Virus record (IMG/VR): IMGVR_UViG_3300043039_000075
Span: 1 to 25,002 of that record
DNA length: 25,002 bases
Strand: one strand, 5' to 3'
From: a virus
Lineage: Duplodnaviria; Caudoviricetes
The notes under the pieces: generated by a model
What the model was told of the DNA's origin: nothing
The model's database searches: none
The model's input: only the letters and a program-made list of their open reading frames with translations
Program-made: the position numbers and the translations under genes
Shown here: piece after piece, positions 8,723 to 17,523 of the stretch
How positions within the stretch are numbered: position 1 is the stretch's first letter
How the letters are laid out: every line of letters begins with the position of its first letter

Positions 8723-8751
8723 AAAGGCCCTTTAATTAGGGCCTTTTTTTT
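8723..8751 (+). terminator. Intrinsic terminator after helicase
   Basis: AAAGGCCCT-TTAATT-AGGGCCTTT followed by a T-run. Confidence 0.88.
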
Positions 8752-8788
8752 ATTGTATAATTATATAATTGAAAGGGAGGTGTTTGTT

Positions 8789-8944
8789 GTGGGGGAAAAA
8801 GATAAATTGATCTATTTAGAACTTTGCAGGAAATATTATTTGAAAGATGAAGACTTCAAAAAATTTGTTATGCTACATAATTTGAGATCATCAATCGAAG
8901 GGGTAGATCCTTGGAAAAAGTTAATAATTGAAATGACACCATAA
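8789..8944 (+). CDS. Small hypothetical protein upstream of scaffold
   Basis: GTG 8789 follows SD GGAGGTG (ORF track start 8753). Confidence 0.65.
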   Translation: MGEKDKLIYLELCRKYYLKDEDFKKFVMLHNLRSSIEGVDPWKKLIIEMTP

Positions 8945-8959
8945 AATAGGAGGACAAAA

Positions 8960-9703
8960 ATGACAGATGAAACTATAGTTGTAGAAGAAGAAATTGTAAA
9001 TCAAGCAGGAGAGCAAGAAGTAGAACAAATTGTTGATGAACAAGGTAATCCTATAATTCCCGAAGTTAAGGATCCTTGGGATTTGGAACTTGACACTGAT
9101 CCAACCTTTGGTGAATATAATGTTTCAGAAATGGAGGGTTATGATCCTGAAAATTTAGAACAAGTTGAAATGTTGGAAATGTTAGCAAACGAGGCCCAAG
9201 AATTAGGGATGACTCAAGAACAGATGGAATATGTGGCTAAAATTAAAATTGCAGAGAGTGGAAAAAAAACAGAACCTAAAGAGCTTACTCCCGAAGATGT
9301 TAAAAAAAGTTTGAATGAAGTCTTAAATAGAGTCGAAAAAAGGAACTATAAGGCTACTAAACAGTATATAGCGGATTCGTTGAAAGGCACAGAACATGAA
9401 GAAGCCACCAAAGCAATAGCAAATAACCCGCATTTAATTAAAATATTCCATGCTCTAATGCAAAAACAAGGCGGGAAAGAACAAAAAACAGTAACAAGAA
9501 CTAGACAGTCTGATTCGTCCGCTAAAAAAACTAGTATGAATATTCCAGTAGATAAAGCTTTCGAAGCTTATACAAAGTTTATAACTGAAAATTCGGGGGA
9601 TGAAAAATTCTCTGAAAAAAAAGAAAGTTTTTTCAAAGGAATGATGAAAAATGCAATTAATAAAAAAGAACTAGAAGAGTCATTTAAAGAATATATGAAT
9701 TAA
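8960..9703 (+). CDS. Putative capsid scaffolding protein
   Basis: Very acidic N-terminus; 'AQELGMTQEQ' and 'NNPHLIKIFH' patterns typical of podovirus scaffolds; directly upstream of capsid. Confidence 0.75.
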   Translation: MTDETIVVEEEIVNQAGEQEVEQIVDEQGNPIIPEVKDPWDLELDTDPTFGEYNVSEMEGYDPENLEQVEMLEMLANEAQELGMTQEQMEYVAKIKIAESGKKTEPKELTPEDVKKSLNEVLNRVEKRNYKATKQYIADSLKGTEHEEATKAIANNPHLIKIFHALMQKQGGKEQKTVTRTRQSDSSAKKTSMNIPVDKAFEAYTKFITENSGDEKFSEKKESFFKGMMKNAINKKELEESFKEYMN

Positions 9704-9727
9704 TTATTATAAAAAGGAGAGTGAAAA

Positions 9728-10555
9728 ATGGATGTATTAACAACCAAGGTAGCCCAATTTAAGGCTTCCATAATGACATTATTAGCGGAAACTGGAGGAG
9801 CAAGGTTGATACCATTTTGTGACTCTGAGTTAAACTCAGTAGGAGAAACTTACACTTTTAACAGATTAGATGAGTCTAACACTCAAAATTCATTAGATAT
9901 GTTTGATGCAGGATTTACTGGAAATGGTGGAGATACTTCAAAAGTTGTAGTAACTACAGACTTTATTTATTCTGCCGATTGGATCACTGAAAAATCTTTA
10001 AAGCAAACTAATGTAGATTTAAAATCTGCTTATGCTAAGTCTTTTAAAAGAGCAATTGACAGGGCAATAGATGATGTAATCGTTAAAGCAATTACTGATA
10101 ATGATGCAAATTTAACAAAAGCAGGAGATGTATCAAAAACATTAAAAGAAAATTTTGATGTTTTAGTGCAAAAAGTAGCTTACACAATGGCTTTAGTTGA
10201 TGACAATGATGACCATGGAAACAATGTTGCTTTAATAATGAATAGAGTGGATTTTGCAGAATTATTTACAATAGATAAATTTATTAATGCAGATTATAAT
10301 AAAGGTTTAGGAATTAGTTCTAAAACCAATTTAGCAGGAGCAATTATTATACCGACTGACTCAGTTCCTAAAGGAACTCAGTATATCATGCCTAGAATGA
10401 CTGTATGCTTTACACAATGGAAAGGTGGGAATAAAGCTAATATGGATTGGGAAAGTGGAAAAGATGAGTATAAAGCTTGGGCAAGAACTTCCGCAGGTGC
10501 TAAATTGGGAAATTTAGATGCTACATCAATAACAAAAATTTCAAACTTAGTATAA
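9728..10555 (+). CDS. Major capsid protein
   Basis: 275 aa; 'GETYTFNRL', 'AIDRAIDDVIVKAI' typical of BPP-1/T7-type capsids; follows scaffold and precedes a terminator. Confidence 0.82.
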   Translation: MDVLTTKVAQFKASIMTLLAETGGARLIPFCDSELNSVGETYTFNRLDESNTQNSLDMFDAGFTGNGGDTSKVVVTTDFIYSADWITEKSLKQTNVDLKSAYAKSFKRAIDRAIDDVIVKAITDNDANLTKAGDVSKTLKENFDVLVQKVAYTMALVDDNDDHGNNVALIMNRVDFAELFTIDKFINADYNKGLGISSKTNLAGAIIIPTDSVPKGTQYIMPRMTVCFTQWKGGNKANMDWESGKDEYKAWARTSAGAKLGNLDATSITKISNLV

Positions 10556-10562
10556 AAAAATT

Positions 10563-10588
10563 AAGGGCCTTGTTGAAAGGCCCTTTTT
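10563..10588 (+). terminator. Intrinsic terminator after capsid
   Basis: AAGGGCCTT-GTTGA-AAGGCCCTT followed by TTT. Confidence 0.85.
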
Positions 10589-10617
10589 ATGTATAATTTA
10601 TTAATGAGGTGATAAAA

Positions 10618-12942
10618 ATGAGTATTTCAACAAAAAACAATAAAATTATATTTCTTATATCAGAACAAATAAAAACTTCTGATAATAAATATCTACTTAA
10701 TGGTATAGATTTAAGTAAGGCTAGATTTTATTATAAAGAAGATTTAGAGAACTTTTATGAATTAGTTACATCAGATTATGAAGTTTTTGAAGAAAGCGGG
10801 AATACATTTCTAAAAATAAATAATACAGAAATAAATTCAATTGTTGAATTATTTCAAATTGCTTACGAACTTAACTTTACAGGTGGTCAATATGATCCAA
10901 CATTTGATGTTGATATAGAGGTTTTAAAAGACAACTATAATAAATTAGTAGAAGATTCAAAAAACATATGGGAAATTCTAAAAAAACAAGTTTTCGTAGC
11001 AGATTCTTTAGATGAAAATAAAATTTTACCTGCACTACAAGAAGGGGAAATTTGGGTAAAAACATCAGATGGATGGAAAGGGATAACTGTAGTTGATTTT
11101 CAAAAACAAATTTCAGATGCTTTATTAGCTTTAAATTCTTATACAACATTAAAAGAAAATCAATTAGATAACTTTGAGAAAGATATGGAATTAGAACTTG
11201 GCAATCATGTGGAAACGGTAAACAAAGTAGAACTTAATAGATATGTGGAAGAAGTTAACAAAATTGAATTAAATAATTTTGTAGAACAAGTTAACAAGGT
11301 GGATTTACTTAATTATACTGGTGTACAGAAACAAGCATTAGATGATAAATTTGATGAATTAAAACAAGATAACGGAATTATTCCCGAAAGTACAATCTCT
11401 ATAAATGAATTAACATATGGTAGATGGTGGACTGATAATATAACAACATTTTTAGATACTCCAATTAATATGTTGGATTCTGATATTAGTGGTGCAGTTG
11501 AGGTGACAATATCAGACAATAAAAAGGTATTTAAATTTTATACAACTAATAATAAAGTATTTTTTAAAATAGAAACAGGTACAGGATATACAAAATGGGC
11601 CTTACTGGCAGAGGATGACAATAGTTCTATATCTTTTGGTTTTTTAGGATCAGATTACAAATTCACACCTATAAAATGGGATAGTGAATTATTAACGTAT
11701 GTAAAAGCTACTTCATTAACTGGTGCAGATGCAATTTCTGTCAATTGTGATACTAATAAAGGTTATATATATTATGATTCGAAAGTAAAAATACCTACAG
11801 GTTCACTTGATGACAAAGGAAACATATTCGAGAATGGACATTATTACTTTCTGTCACAAACAATAGATGGGAAGTTTCAAAAAGAATTACCTACAACAGG
11901 AATTTGGCAACCAATGTTTCAAGTTTTAGAATTTAACAATGAATTATTTGCAATTATAGAAATAGAATCTTTAGAAGATATTACACCAGTTTTAACAGAC
12001 ATTCACTCAAATGAATATGTCAATGTTTTAACTAAAGAAGAAGTTATAGCAGAAGGTAACACACAAGTCGACAGAATTGAATCTGAAAAAGATGATTCAA
12101 TAGCGGAGATAGAAGCAAAAAAAAATAGTTCAATAGCTAGTGTAGAAGCTAAAAGAGTTAGTTCTGTTGCAGATGTAGAAGCAGTAAAAACTTCTGTAGA
12201 ATTAATGCTAGAAGGAGAAGATGTTCTTGGAAATGCACTTTCTCTAAGCGGAAAAACAAGGGAACAGTATGACACAAAAATTGAAGCTAATACAGAACAA
12301 ATACAGAATTTATCTAGAAACATAATATTGCCAATCGTACACGGAGCTGGATTGATGGATTTTTCAATAGAAGGTGGGTCAGATGTTATGTGGAAATTAG
12401 CAGATGGGACTATAAGTTATTCTACTAGACCTGTTAAAACTTTGCCTGCGGGAACGAGTTATTTATATTGTTCTAATTTGTGGGCTAATGGAGTAGCAAT
12501 TAAAAGTAATGGAACAAATAAAAATTATGTTGGAAAAACATCTGATTTAAGTAATTTAACTTATTCTGCTAGTTTTAATAACACAGAAGTAACAGGAGAT
12601 ATAGCTAGTTTAAGTAATTTAACTTATTATGCTAGTTTTAATAACACAGAAGTAACAGGAGATATAGCTAGTTTAAGTAATTTAACTTATTATGCTAGTT
12701 TTTACGGTACACAAGTCTACGGAATATTAACACCAACTCCAACTTTAACACGAATTTATCTCACAGACACAAACTTAACCACAAATGATGTTGATCAATC
12801 TGTTATAAATCTAAATAACGTAACGACAATAACGAACGGTATATTAAGTATATTTGGTCTAACACGTACAATAGCAAGTACGGCAGCGATAAACGCATTA
12901 GTAGCAAAAGGATGGTCTGTTACGGATGCAACAGTAATATAG
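10618..12942 (+). CDS. Tail fibre / receptor-binding protein (modular)
   Basis: ATG 10618 follows SD GAGGTG; coiled-coil repeats, a knob-like segment (GRWW...P...SGAVEV...KFY...FFK...KW), and C-terminal 21-aa LRR-like repeats. Confidence 0.7.
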   Translation: MSISTKNNKIIFLISEQIKTSDNKYLLNGIDLSKARFYYKEDLENFYELVTSDYEVFEESGNTFLKINNTEINSIVELFQIAYELNFTGGQYDPTFDVDIEVLKDNYNKLVEDSKNIWEILKKQVFVADSLDENKILPALQEGEIWVKTSDGWKGITVVDFQKQISDALLALNSYTTLKENQLDNFEKDMELELGNHVETVNKVELNRYVEEVNKIELNNFVEQVNKVDLLNYTGVQKQALDDKFDELKQDNGIIPESTISINELTYGRWWTDNITTFLDTPINMLDSDISGAVEVTISDNKKVFKFYTTNNKVFFKIETGTGYTKWALLAEDDNSSISFGFLGSDYKFTPIKWDSELLTYVKATSLTGADAISVNCDTNKGYIYYDSKVKIPTGSLDDKGNIFENGHYYFLSQTIDGKFQKELPTTGIWQPMFQVLEFNNELFAIIEIESLEDITPVLTDIHSNEYVNVLTKEEVIAEGNTQVDRIESEKDDSIAEIEAKKNSSIASVEAKRVSSVADVEAVKTSVELMLEGEDVLGNALSLSGKTREQYDTKIEANTEQIQNLSRNIILPIVHGAGLMDFSIEGGSDVMWKLADGTISYSTRPVKTLPAGTSYLYCSNLWANGVAIKSNGTNKNYVGKTSDLSNLTYSASFNNTEVTGDIASLSNLTYYASFNNTEVTGDIASLSNLTYYASFYGTQVYGILTPTPTLTRIYLTDTNLTTNDVDQSVINLNNVTTITNGILSIFGLTRTIASTAAINALVAKGWSVTDATVI
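12546..12702 (+). repeat. 63-bp tandem repeat, about 2.5 copies
   Basis: Units start at 12546, 12609 and 12672; copies 1 and 2 differ at one base (TCT/TAT); encodes LSNLTY(S/Y)ASFNNTEVTGDIAS. Confidence 0.97.
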
Positions 12943-12953
12943 GAGGTATAAAA

Positions 12954-13112
12954 ATGACAGTATATATTTTTGAAAATAGTTACTATATAGGAGAAGATGA
13001 GGGTGTAATTGCTAATGCTTTGAGATTTGAAAAAATAGAGGAATTAGAAGAAGGAAAAGTTCTAAGTGTAACTGATGGAGCATTAAGCGTAGCGGAAGAA
13101 GAACAAATCTAA
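12954..13112 (+). CDS. Small acidic protein following tail fibre (possible chaperone)
   Basis: ATG 12954 follows SD AGGAGGT; 52 aa. Confidence 0.7.
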   Translation: MTVYIFENSYYIGEDEGVIANALRFEKIEELEEGKVLSVTDGALSVAEEEQI

Positions 13113-13119
13113 ATTTGTT

Positions 13120-13145
13120 TAGGTCGTTTGAAACTAAGCGACCTA
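13120..13145. other. Intergenic stem-loop (terminator or processing site)
   Basis: TAGGTCGTTT-GAAACT-AAGCGACCTA; no clear T-tract. Confidence 0.55.
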
Positions 13146-13171
13146 GCAATTAAATAAAGAGAGGTGAGAAA

Positions 13172-13711
13172 ATGGCACTAATAAAGAAAAAACCTAATCC
13201 AGTGTATAGTTCTACAGATGAAACGGCTAGAGAATTATATAGAGAAACTAATGACAATATAAATTCAAAGTTAGATAAAGGCAACGTATCAGAAGATTAT
13301 AATACTGCAAAGAAAATAGAGGACAAGATTACAACTACAAAGGATAATTTAGTTAATGCTATCAATGAAGTTGATGCCAAAGCAAGTAGCAGAGGTGATG
13401 TTGATGAAGTGTTTGGATTTTTTAAAACTGACGATGTAATAACTATGCCTTTGCCACTTAGTAGTTATCAAAAATTCACTTTTATTATTTCTAAAGTTGA
13501 CAAATCATATATGTGTTCTCATACTGCTTACTTGGAAGATATAGATTTTTTCATGGATAATTCGACGGATTCCGGTTTACGTTACTTAATGGTTCTTTAT
13601 GATACCTCCTATATTACTTTAAAAGCTCGAAACACTTCAGCAGGTACTTTTACTGTTGGTAGAGAGTACTACGATGTTCGTATACTAAAGGTAATTGGAT
13701 ATAAGAAATAA
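13172..13711 (+). CDS. Hypothetical protein, possible short tail fibre/adhesin
   Basis: SD GAGGTG; 'TTTKDNLVNAINEV' fibre-type motif; beta-rich C-terminus ending 'ILKVIGYKK'. Confidence 0.55.
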   Translation: MALIKKKPNPVYSSTDETARELYRETNDNINSKLDKGNVSEDYNTAKKIEDKITTTKDNLVNAINEVDAKASSRGDVDEVFGFFKTDDVITMPLPLSSYQKFTFIISKVDKSYMCSHTAYLEDIDFFMDNSTDSGLRYLMVLYDTSYITLKARNTSAGTFTVGREYYDVRILKVIGYKK

Positions 13712-13724
13712 AAGGAGGTACTGG

Positions 13725-13796
13725 ATGAAATATGAAAAGGTTAGTTCAATTTATATATTAACCGAACCTCATACGGTCGTGCTAGAGGAGAAATAA
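13725..13796 (+). pseudogene. Truncated paralogue of the DUF1353 gene N-terminus (23 aa)
   Basis: SD AAGGAGG; MKYEKVSSIYILTEPHTVVLEEK* versus MKYEEVSSVYVLKKAHRVILNNKW at 14220. Confidence 0.75.
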
Positions 13797-13839
13797 CAAA
13801 AATTATTGGAATAGGTAAAAAACTTTATAGGAGGTCAAT

Positions 13840-14217
13840 ATGAATAAGCTAGGAACTAGAAGTAAAAAAAGTTTAGAAAATGTTAGAATAGAAATTGGGT
13901 TAATAATTGGTTTAGCCCTTGCAAGAGGTAAAGTTGATTTTACAATTATAGATGGATTCAGAACTCAAGAAGATCAGATGGAAAAATTTAAAAATGGAGC
14001 TAGTCAACTTGATGGTATTAACAAAATAAGCCAACATCAAAAAGGGCTAGCCTTCGATTTCATCCCTTATACATTCAACGGCAACTGGAACGATTTACAA
14101 CCATTCAAAGATGTTCACGAAGAATTAAGTTATTGTGCAAAACATCTAGGATATGATCCTAGAAAAATTATAAGTTGGGATGTAGGCCATTTTGCAATTG
14201 AAGAGTCTAGGGGGTAA
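13840..14217 (+). CDS. Endolysin, peptidase M15 family (L-Ala-D-Glu type)
   Basis: 'DGFRTQEDQ', 'SQHQKGLAFD', 'WDVGHF' Zn-binding motifs. Confidence 0.9.
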   Translation: MNKLGTRSKKSLENVRIEIGLIIGLALARGKVDFTIIDGFRTQEDQMEKFKNGASQLDGINKISQHQKGLAFDFIPYTFNGNWNDLQPFKDVHEELSYCAKHLGYDPRKIISWDVGHFAIEESRG

Positions 14218-14219
14218 CT

Positions 14220-14621
14220 ATGAAATATGAAGAAGTAAGTTCAGTTTATGTACTAAAAAAGGCCCACAGAGTAATTTTAAATAATAAGTGGCCAACTATA
14301 AAAGAAACCTTTGGAAAAACTGTAAATATTTATGATGATGGTAAAACTAGGTTAACATTAAAAAAAGGAACTCCGTGGGATGGTTCTACATATGCAATAG
14401 ATTGTGAAGCAGATATAGAGGCCTCATTAGTTCATGACTGGCTATGTTATATAATTGATGACAAATTAGGAGATACTACAGAAAACTGGAAAAAATACAG
14501 AAAAATGGCAGATCAAGAATACTTGTTTTTTTTAAAAAAGAATGGGATGAATTTTCTTAGGGCTTATGCTAGATATTTTGCTATAAGGAAATTTGCTTTT
14601 TTAAAGAGTTTTATAAAATAA
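14220..14621 (+). CDS. DUF1353-like protein
   Basis: 'WDGST', 'ASLVHDWLC', 'ADQEY', 'RA...Y.AIR.F' motifs. Confidence 0.75.
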   Translation: MKYEEVSSVYVLKKAHRVILNNKWPTIKETFGKTVNIYDDGKTRLTLKKGTPWDGSTYAIDCEADIEASLVHDWLCYIIDDKLGDTTENWKKYRKMADQEYLFFLKKNGMNFLRAYARYFAIRKFAFLKSFIK

Positions 14622-14638
14622 AAAAAGGAGTGTGCCAT

Positions 14639-14929
14639 TTGGGAGAACATAACAGTATTGGTAAGGACACAAAAATCACAATAGGGACAGTTGTTGTTAT
14701 ATTAACTTGTTTAATTTCTATGTACAGAGGAGTTAGGAGTGATGTAAAACTTGAATTAAATACAAAAGTAGATAAGACGGTTTATAAATCAGATAGAGAA
14801 AATATAAATGCTAAAATTAATTCTCTTGAAAGGGAATCTATAATGAGGTACAATATGACTAAGGAACAATTAGAAGAAATAAAAGAGCTTATAAAAGGAG
14901 GGTATGATGGCAAAAGCAGTAGGAACTAA
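14639..14929 (+). CDS. Single-TM coiled-coil protein, holin-like
   Basis: Hydrophobic ITIGTVVVILTCLISMY then coiled coil; in the lysis cluster; TTG 14639 is better spaced from SD AAGGAG than 14630. Confidence 0.55.
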   Translation: MGEHNSIGKDTKITIGTVVVILTCLISMYRGVRSDVKLELNTKVDKTVYKSDRENINAKINSLERESIMRYNMTKEQLEEIKELIKGGYDGKSSRN

Positions 14930-15152
14930 AAAATCAGAAAAAGAAATTGTTGAAATTGAAAACGTAGAAAACGTAGAACCAAAAAAAGAGGTTAAATATT
15001 TATGTAGAAGAGGAAAGGTAAAATTTTATATTACTTCTTCATTAGAAGAATTTGAAAAGTATGGACTACATCCAAAAAGAGTTGAAGCAGTTTTAGACAC
15101 TAAACAATGTTATAGAGGGTATAATTTTGAAACTATGTTAAAAGAGGTGTAA
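14904..15152 (+). CDS. Hypothetical protein, possible NUMOD1-like HTH C-terminus
   Basis: SD AAGGAGG; 'SSLEEF..YGLHPKRVEAVL.....YRGYNF' loosely resembles NUMOD1. Confidence 0.55.
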   Translation: MMAKAVGTKKSEKEIVEIENVENVEPKKEVKYLCRRGKVKFYITSSLEEFEKYGLHPKRVEAVLDTKQCYRGYNFETMLKEV

Positions 15153-15153
15153 A

Positions 15154-15666
15154 ATGATAGATAGAGAGAAAACCATAACGGCCTCTTTCTTTAAGTTGGG
15201 CGAAACTTTTGGTACTTATAACGATAATAGAACTAAGATGACTCAGATAGCAACAATACTTTTTGAAAATCTCTTAGAAAAAATTGGTTCTAATAATAAT
15301 TTTCTTTATAATGCTACCAAAGTTAAACCGCCTTTAAGACAAGAAGATGATGGAATTTTTAAATATAATCTACCAACAGATTTTTTAAGTTTAATATATT
15401 CTAGTGAAAAAAGTAATATCATAGGAGAATACATTTTTTCAGAGCAAGAAGATTTAGAAATTACATATTGTAGAACATTGCCTCTATTAGAGATACCTAA
15501 TTATATGAAGGAGTATATAACTTTGTCTTTAGCTTTAGAAATAGCTCAAGCGGTTAGTGCCTATGAAAATAAGATACCTTTATTGCAGAAGTCAATAACA
15601 TCTGAAAGGATAAGAATATCCTCTATGGAGGGATTAATAGAAGTTCCTACTACAAGGGAGGAATAA
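15154..15666 (+). CDS. Tail tubular protein A / adaptor (T7 gp11-like)
   Basis: 170 aa; 'KLGE', 'YNLPTDFL', 'IPNYMKEYITLSLALEIA' typical of this family. Confidence 0.78.
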   Translation: MIDREKTITASFFKLGETFGTYNDNRTKMTQIATILFENLLEKIGSNNNFLYNATKVKPPLRQEDDGIFKYNLPTDFLSLIYSSEKSNIIGEYIFSEQEDLEITYCRTLPLLEIPNYMKEYITLSLALEIAQAVSAYENKIPLLQKSITSERIRISSMEGLIEVPTTREE

Positions 15667-15668
15667 TT

Positions 15669-17465
15669 ATGAAATGGAGTAATAAAAACTATTTTATGTA
15701 TGGTGAAACTGGAAATAGAATAATGGGCCTAAAGTCAACAGAGCTTTATGATGGATCAGCTCATACAATAAGAAATTTTTACATAACGGAATTAGGAACT
15801 CTTATATTTGGAAAACAATTTGAAAAAAAATCAATGCCTTTTGAAAATCAAAAAGCAATATTGATAGTTGATACTGAATTTGAATTTTATATAATAATAA
15901 CAGAAACAAAAATTCACACTGTAAAAAAAGATGATCTTTCCTTACTTTTTAGTTATACCCACGGTATATTAAATATTACAGAAAAAACTCAAAACAAATT
16001 ATTTGATAACATCCTAGCAATACAGGATAAGTTTTTTTCTATTGCAGAAGATGGAGATATAGGAACTAATAATTTTTCAGAAATAATAAAATATCCAATA
16101 AAAGATCAGAGGCCCGTTGTTTTTGACCTTTATAAAGTTATGAAAGTTGGAACTGAAAATAGATTAGCTTTGCTAAAAACTTATGAAGATACAGAAATTA
16201 TTACAGATGAAAATGGTATAATTTCTTTAAAAAATACAGATGTAGTTATAAATAGAATTTATCAACTGTATAAAGGAGTCCCACTACTGGAAGACTTTGA
16301 TACTTTAGTAGAAAAAAAAGTTATTGCAATTTTAAGAGATTATCAATCTAACACTGATGAAGGGAACTATCTATTAGGAAATGAAGTAGCTACTTTTACA
16401 GGGGATACCGCAGATGTTAAATATGGGACTAATTACTTCACTGGGATAACGCCTATAAGTAGTGAAGGCAAATTGATGTTCGGTAAAGCTATTAATTTTT
16501 TTGATGATATAGTTAGCATGGCAGTATTTCAAAACAGATTAGTTATTGCAACTCATGATACTGTATATTATTCTAAGACTTTTGATTATAATAATTTTGT
16601 TAATGGTGTATCGACTGATGATGCGTTCTACATTAAACCATCAGTAATAAACAATAACCAACCTACTATTCTAAAACTAGACTCCTCTTTGGGCCTTTGG
16701 GTAACAACTAACAGAGGGATTTACAGTATTGGTCATAATGTTGGGATGTCGCCAACTACATCAGTGGCTAGCGTTAAAATTGCCACAGATATTCCCGCAA
16801 CTGAAAACACTATAATTATAGATGACATTTTATATTTTATAGATACAGAAGGAATTTTAAGAAGTTGTCAAGCAATCTATAATAATGGAGCTTTAACTTT
16901 TTTAAAATCTGTAGTTGAAAAATATGATACTAAAAACAGAATAAAAAGAATTTCTAAAGGATTCATAAATGATGAAATCTCTTTGATATGTTCTACAAAT
17001 GATAATGTAATATTGGTTTACAAAAATATAGATGGGAATATGTTTAGAAAAATTGAACTAGAAGCAAAATATGAAGGATTGCTTTTTGGATTCCATAACA
17101 GATTAATTAATGAAGAATTTTTCTTTGATAAAACTGAGAAAAATTATGAAAAAGGATTTTTAAAACTTAATCCTCCTTTATTGAGTGGTAAAAATGGGGG
17201 GATAGCATTAAATGACTATCAATCTAGGGTAAAAAAAATTGTAGTAAATATGTTAAATGAAAATAATTCACTTAAAAAAATGATAATAGCAGGATCTGAA
17301 ACAAATAACTTAGGAACAGAAAATGATACTTTTTCTTTATACTCTATTAATGAATCTTTCCCACCTTTGGATGGGTACACAATAGAAATTATTACTAATG
17401 AAACTGAGGACAGTTTAGAATTAAGGATGATTTCTGTACTAATAGATGTTCATTCCGATCAATAA
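15669..17465 (+). CDS. Tail tubular protein B / nozzle (T7 gp12-like)
   Basis: N-terminal 'FMYGE', 'NFYITELGTL', 'AVFQNRLVIA...VYYSKTFDYNNF' beta-propeller motifs; follows tubular A. Confidence 0.8.
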   Translation: MKWSNKNYFMYGETGNRIMGLKSTELYDGSAHTIRNFYITELGTLIFGKQFEKKSMPFENQKAILIVDTEFEFYIIITETKIHTVKKDDLSLLFSYTHGILNITEKTQNKLFDNILAIQDKFFSIAEDGDIGTNNFSEIIKYPIKDQRPVVFDLYKVMKVGTENRLALLKTYEDTEIITDENGIISLKNTDVVINRIYQLYKGVPLLEDFDTLVEKKVIAILRDYQSNTDEGNYLLGNEVATFTGDTADVKYGTNYFTGITPISSEGKLMFGKAINFFDDIVSMAVFQNRLVIATHDTVYYSKTFDYNNFVNGVSTDDAFYIKPSVINNNQPTILKLDSSLGLWVTTNRGIYSIGHNVGMSPTTSVASVKIATDIPATENTIIIDDILYFIDTEGILRSCQAIYNNGALTFLKSVVEKYDTKNRIKRISKGFINDEISLICSTNDNVILVYKNIDGNMFRKIELEAKYEGLLFGFHNRLINEEFFFDKTEKNYEKGFLKLNPPLLSGKNGGIALNDYQSRVKKIVVNMLNENNSLKKMIIAGSETNNLGTENDTFSLYSINESFPPLDGYTIEIITNETEDSLELRMISVLIDVHSDQ

Positions 17466-17469
17466 AACT

Positions 17470-17492
17470 AAGGCCCTTATATGGGCCTTTTT
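17470..17492 (+). terminator. Intrinsic terminator
   Basis: AAGGCCC-TTATAT-GGGCCTT followed by TTT. Confidence 0.82.
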
Positions 17493-17523
17493 GTATAATT
17501 AAATAATAGAGAGGTGATTTAAA

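Noticed and set aside
10500-10620. T7 10A/10B-type capsid frameshift extension
   Set aside because: No clear slippery site before the stop, and a strong terminator follows immediately.
12546-12702. DGR template/variable repeat pair
   Set aside because: The repeats are tandem, in-frame and nearly identical, and no reverse transcriptase is present in the window.
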